A stretch of 64,000 bases of DNA from Kondoa subrosea (taxonomy: Eukaryota): assembly GCA_039545335.1 (NCBI GenBank), contig BCIN01000002.1:620001-684000 (forward strand), read 5' to 3'. Below the pieces are notes generated by a model. It did not search any database. It saw only the letters and a program-made list of their open reading frames with translations, and was not told the DNA's origin. The position numbers and the translations under genes were made by a program. Positions 61,039-64,000 of the stretch are shown piece by piece. How positions within the stretch are numbered: position 1 is the stretch's first letter; each line of letters starts with the position of its first letter.

Positions 61039-64000
61039 CTACCGTCCCTTACTGCTTAATGTCCGTATACGATGCGAATCTAATAGACTCTTGCCGCTCG
61101 GCGGTAATTTGTTTTGCAAAGCGTCCTGCTTGAAATTTCGAAAACCAAGTTCTTGCCATGCTTGAAGCATTTGCTCTTGTTCGTTGCGATGCTGTCGCTG
61201 CGTTTCAGCTTGTTGCCGCTGTACAAAAGGTTAGCCCAAGTCAGTCGACCAATATGTGAACGTACTTTCAGTTCTTCCACTTGGTCGGTCAGCTCTTGTA
61301 TCTGCGGTCCAGGAGAGGGCTAACTTCCAGATTCAGAGATATCATTAGCGAGGAAACGAGAATTACGCACTCCTGCCGGTACAGCATATTTCGCTTTAGC
61401 TAATTGATCTTGCTGCCTGATGAACTGTATAGAAACAAAATTAGGATCGGTATCCCATGCGTTACGATCGCTCGCACCGTCTTAGCCTTCTCCAGACGAT
61501 CTTCCAGCTCTTTGATTTGCGTATATTGATTTTGCAGCTCGCTTTGCATACGGTCGAGCGTCTCTTTATCTGCTGCCGATAGACCTTTCTCGCCTAGACT
61601 GGATTTCAAGGAGCTGCGACAGCTTTTAGTGCACCTCAGTCGATTCAGACGCAGAACTTACGACAAATCTCGTTCCCGCTCTAGCATATGTTCTCGTTGA
61701 CCAATACTATCGCTTTGCAAGTCGACTTTGTCCATAAGCAATTGGTTGATAGTGAGTGTTTGTACACGGGTAGTGTCGGCTGCTGAAGTGATCTGTTCTT
61801 GTAGCTTCTTGTTGTTCGCTAGAAGGGCGGTCTTTTCTTCCTCGACCGATGCTCGCAAAGTAGCTACTATATCGAGTTGATCTTTGTTGACGAGCTGCAC
61901 TGTTTGATTACGGCTGAGCAAAGGTAAGAGGTGGACCGCAATTGGCTTACAATCTGATTTTGCTATCGTGAGCGATCTGCTCGTCTGCTCTAGCTGTACT
62001 TCGACGTCTTGAAGCTTCTTCTTTGACAATTCAGCTTCTGCAACGGTCTCATTCAACCGCTGTCGTAATGCTATCGCAACTTCAGCGCTGGAAGGACATG
62101 TGTCAGAGTTTGAAACAGTTGCATTGAGCAAAAGCGCTTACGTAGTCGAACCATCATTCTTCCCAGATCGGATCTCCTCTAAAATGTGCTGGAGACCCAG
62201 TCTTTCTTTTCGCTCCTTCAAATAATCCTGTTCATATCGACGCTTGAGACCATTTGCATCTTCAAGCAGATTGTCAAGGACAATGATCCGGGAAGCATCC
62301 GCTTTATTCGCTTGAGCTTCTTTGAGTTGTTTCTCCAAACGCCGGACTTGTATTCGTAGATCAGTCATCGTTTCCGGTCGGATTGAATTAGCTAAAGGGT
62401 CATCTTCTTCATCGTCCGTAGAATCAGCTAGAGGATGAGTGGAACCATTGATCTTGAGTTTCGCTTTCGCTGCTGGATTAAGATCAACTTCTTTCAATCT
62501 TTCTTCGTACAAAGCTATCGTTTCTCCAGTCCGAGTAGCTTCTTCTTCTAAAGCTGCCAAACGTTCTTGTGACCGATCAAAATCGATCTGAAGCTTCTCA
62601 TTAGCTGTTGAAGTAGTGGCTAAATTTGTGGTAAGAGTCTTGATTTGTGCTTTATATGTTTCAATGAGGGATTTATGAGCTGCCGCTTTCGTGAATTCTT
62701 CTTCTAGTATAGCGTTGCGATCCACTAAAGTGATATTTTGTTCCTCGAGGAGCTAGAAAGTCGTGTCAGCAAAGTGACATTACGATGACTTACTCCCGTA
62801 CGTTCATCTCTCGCCTCAGATCACTCGCTTCTTCGAGCTTCTTCTTGTATTTCTCAATGGCAGTCTCAGCTTTGCTCAATCGATCGGAAGCTGTACAACA
62901 TCCGAAACTATTAGCTAGAGCACAACAGCATTGGTAATCAGGATTGTACCATGTCGATATTCATCAATTTCATCTTTAAGCTTATCCGCTTCTGCAGCTT
63001 TACTAGACATTTCATTAACCTGTACACTCACTCATGACGCTAAGCAACGACAAGTTTGGCATAGGTCATCCGTTTGCGCACCTTCAATTCTAGCTCACTG
63101 ACTTTCTGCGTCTGCGCGACCAAAGTAATTTCAGCTTCACTCAGCTCATCTTCAGTTTTCCGTCTGTCATTTGTGGACTATGAAAACAGCCTCAAAGCTG
63201 ATGAACATGACGCGCAACTGACAATTCTGTATTCAGGCGATTGATCTCGCTACGTAAAGATTCCCTTTCTTCTATAGTAGAAGAATCTGTGGATGTGGAT
63301 CGAGCGCTTTCTTCTCTGGTCATACTACTTGATTGTGGTTGTGATGATGCAGAAGTAGTACGGAGCAAAGCTTCCTATTCCCCTTCAGGTTAATCTGAAT
63401 ACTGCAAGGAGGAAAAGGGATGCGTACATGTTGTTGCGATAGAGTAGCATATTGAGCCATCAAGTCTTCATAGACATGTTGTAGCATATCTCGGTCTGCT
63501 TCAGCTGATTTGACTTGATCTCGTCTGTCAAGTGCCAGCATGAATTAAGATCATAGGCATCATAACTGTACTGGCCGCTGACCTTTCTTCCGTATCTTCT
63601 CTCTTGGACGCTGGTATATCAACGATATCATTGAACTGCAACACCGTGCCAAACAGTTAAGCAAAACCGAAATGCTTGGCTTTAAGGAACGACTTGCATC
63701 ACTTATGATCTTCATACATTCTTCTTGAGCCCATTCTTCCAGTTTCTGCAATCGATCAATATGCTCATGATTCTGTTCGAAACCCCTTGGATTCGCAATG
63801 AGGTTGCTAATCTGAAGAGTGGACGAACCTGATCACTTTGAACCGCTACGCAAAGTATGAGTGAAACGAGTTTAGACATCTCTTGCCTTGCTTTCGATTG
63901 CGGTGATTGTTCTGCTATAAGCTGTAGATCTGGAGAAGGGAGATGTTTGATTGACGCATGCATGATTTGTCTGTACATTTGCGGTACTCCATTAACACTT
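61039..64000 (-). CDS. HOK1: Hook-family dynein/kinesin endosome adaptor (Hok1); 5' part lies beyond the window
   Basis: Hook domain PDLQLIA..LVSLILCVAVQS..IDRLQKLEEWAQEECMKII; LKDEIDEYRH, IEKYKKKLEE, long coiled coils; C-terminal EQMLQAWQELG. Confidence 0.85.

Noticed and set aside
1..64000. Prokaryotic-type systems (CRISPR, defence islands, operons) and rRNA/tRNA genes
   Set aside because: The sequence is spliceosomal-intron-rich eukaryotic DNA; no repeat-spacer arrays or structured RNA genes were recognised by eye.

Overview
Gene-dense, intron-rich eukaryotic chromosomal DNA, most consistent with a compact basidiomycete fungal genome. Evidence: GT/GC-AG introns of about 45-70 nt, many micro-exons, and intergenic gaps often under 200 bp. 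About 30 spliced protein-coding genes can be rebuilt by eye. Mostly housekeeping: ADCK1-type ABC1 kinase, TRF4, a homeobox factor, VAC8, mitochondrial ProRS, a TNA1/DAL5-type MFS permease, a PA-TM-RING ligase, SPO22/ZIP4, a MYND-finger protein, SRP68, MFAP1, a 21-exon D-arabinitol-dehydrogenase-like MDR enzyme, a tandem-GAF protein, HSF1, ADE8, EDE1, a YVC1-like TRP channel, a ZIP9/ATX2 transporter, ATG18, two SUR7/PalI-like tetraspan proteins, an F-box protein, a pseudogenised maltose O-acetyltransferase and HOK1 (runs off the right edge). The standout region is a 4-kb island between ADE8 and EDE1 (38970-42587) holding two intact, tail-to-tail, inverted paralogs of a family I do not recognise. 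They share a core domain and intron positions but have reciprocal unique extensions. They also carry a hypervariable coding block next to a 90%-identical intron, which suggests a paired recognition or poison/antidote-type locus (inference). No rRNA, tRNA, CRISPR array or recognisable transposon was seen. Exon boundaries are manual and approximate; all family calls come from motif recognition, not database searches.
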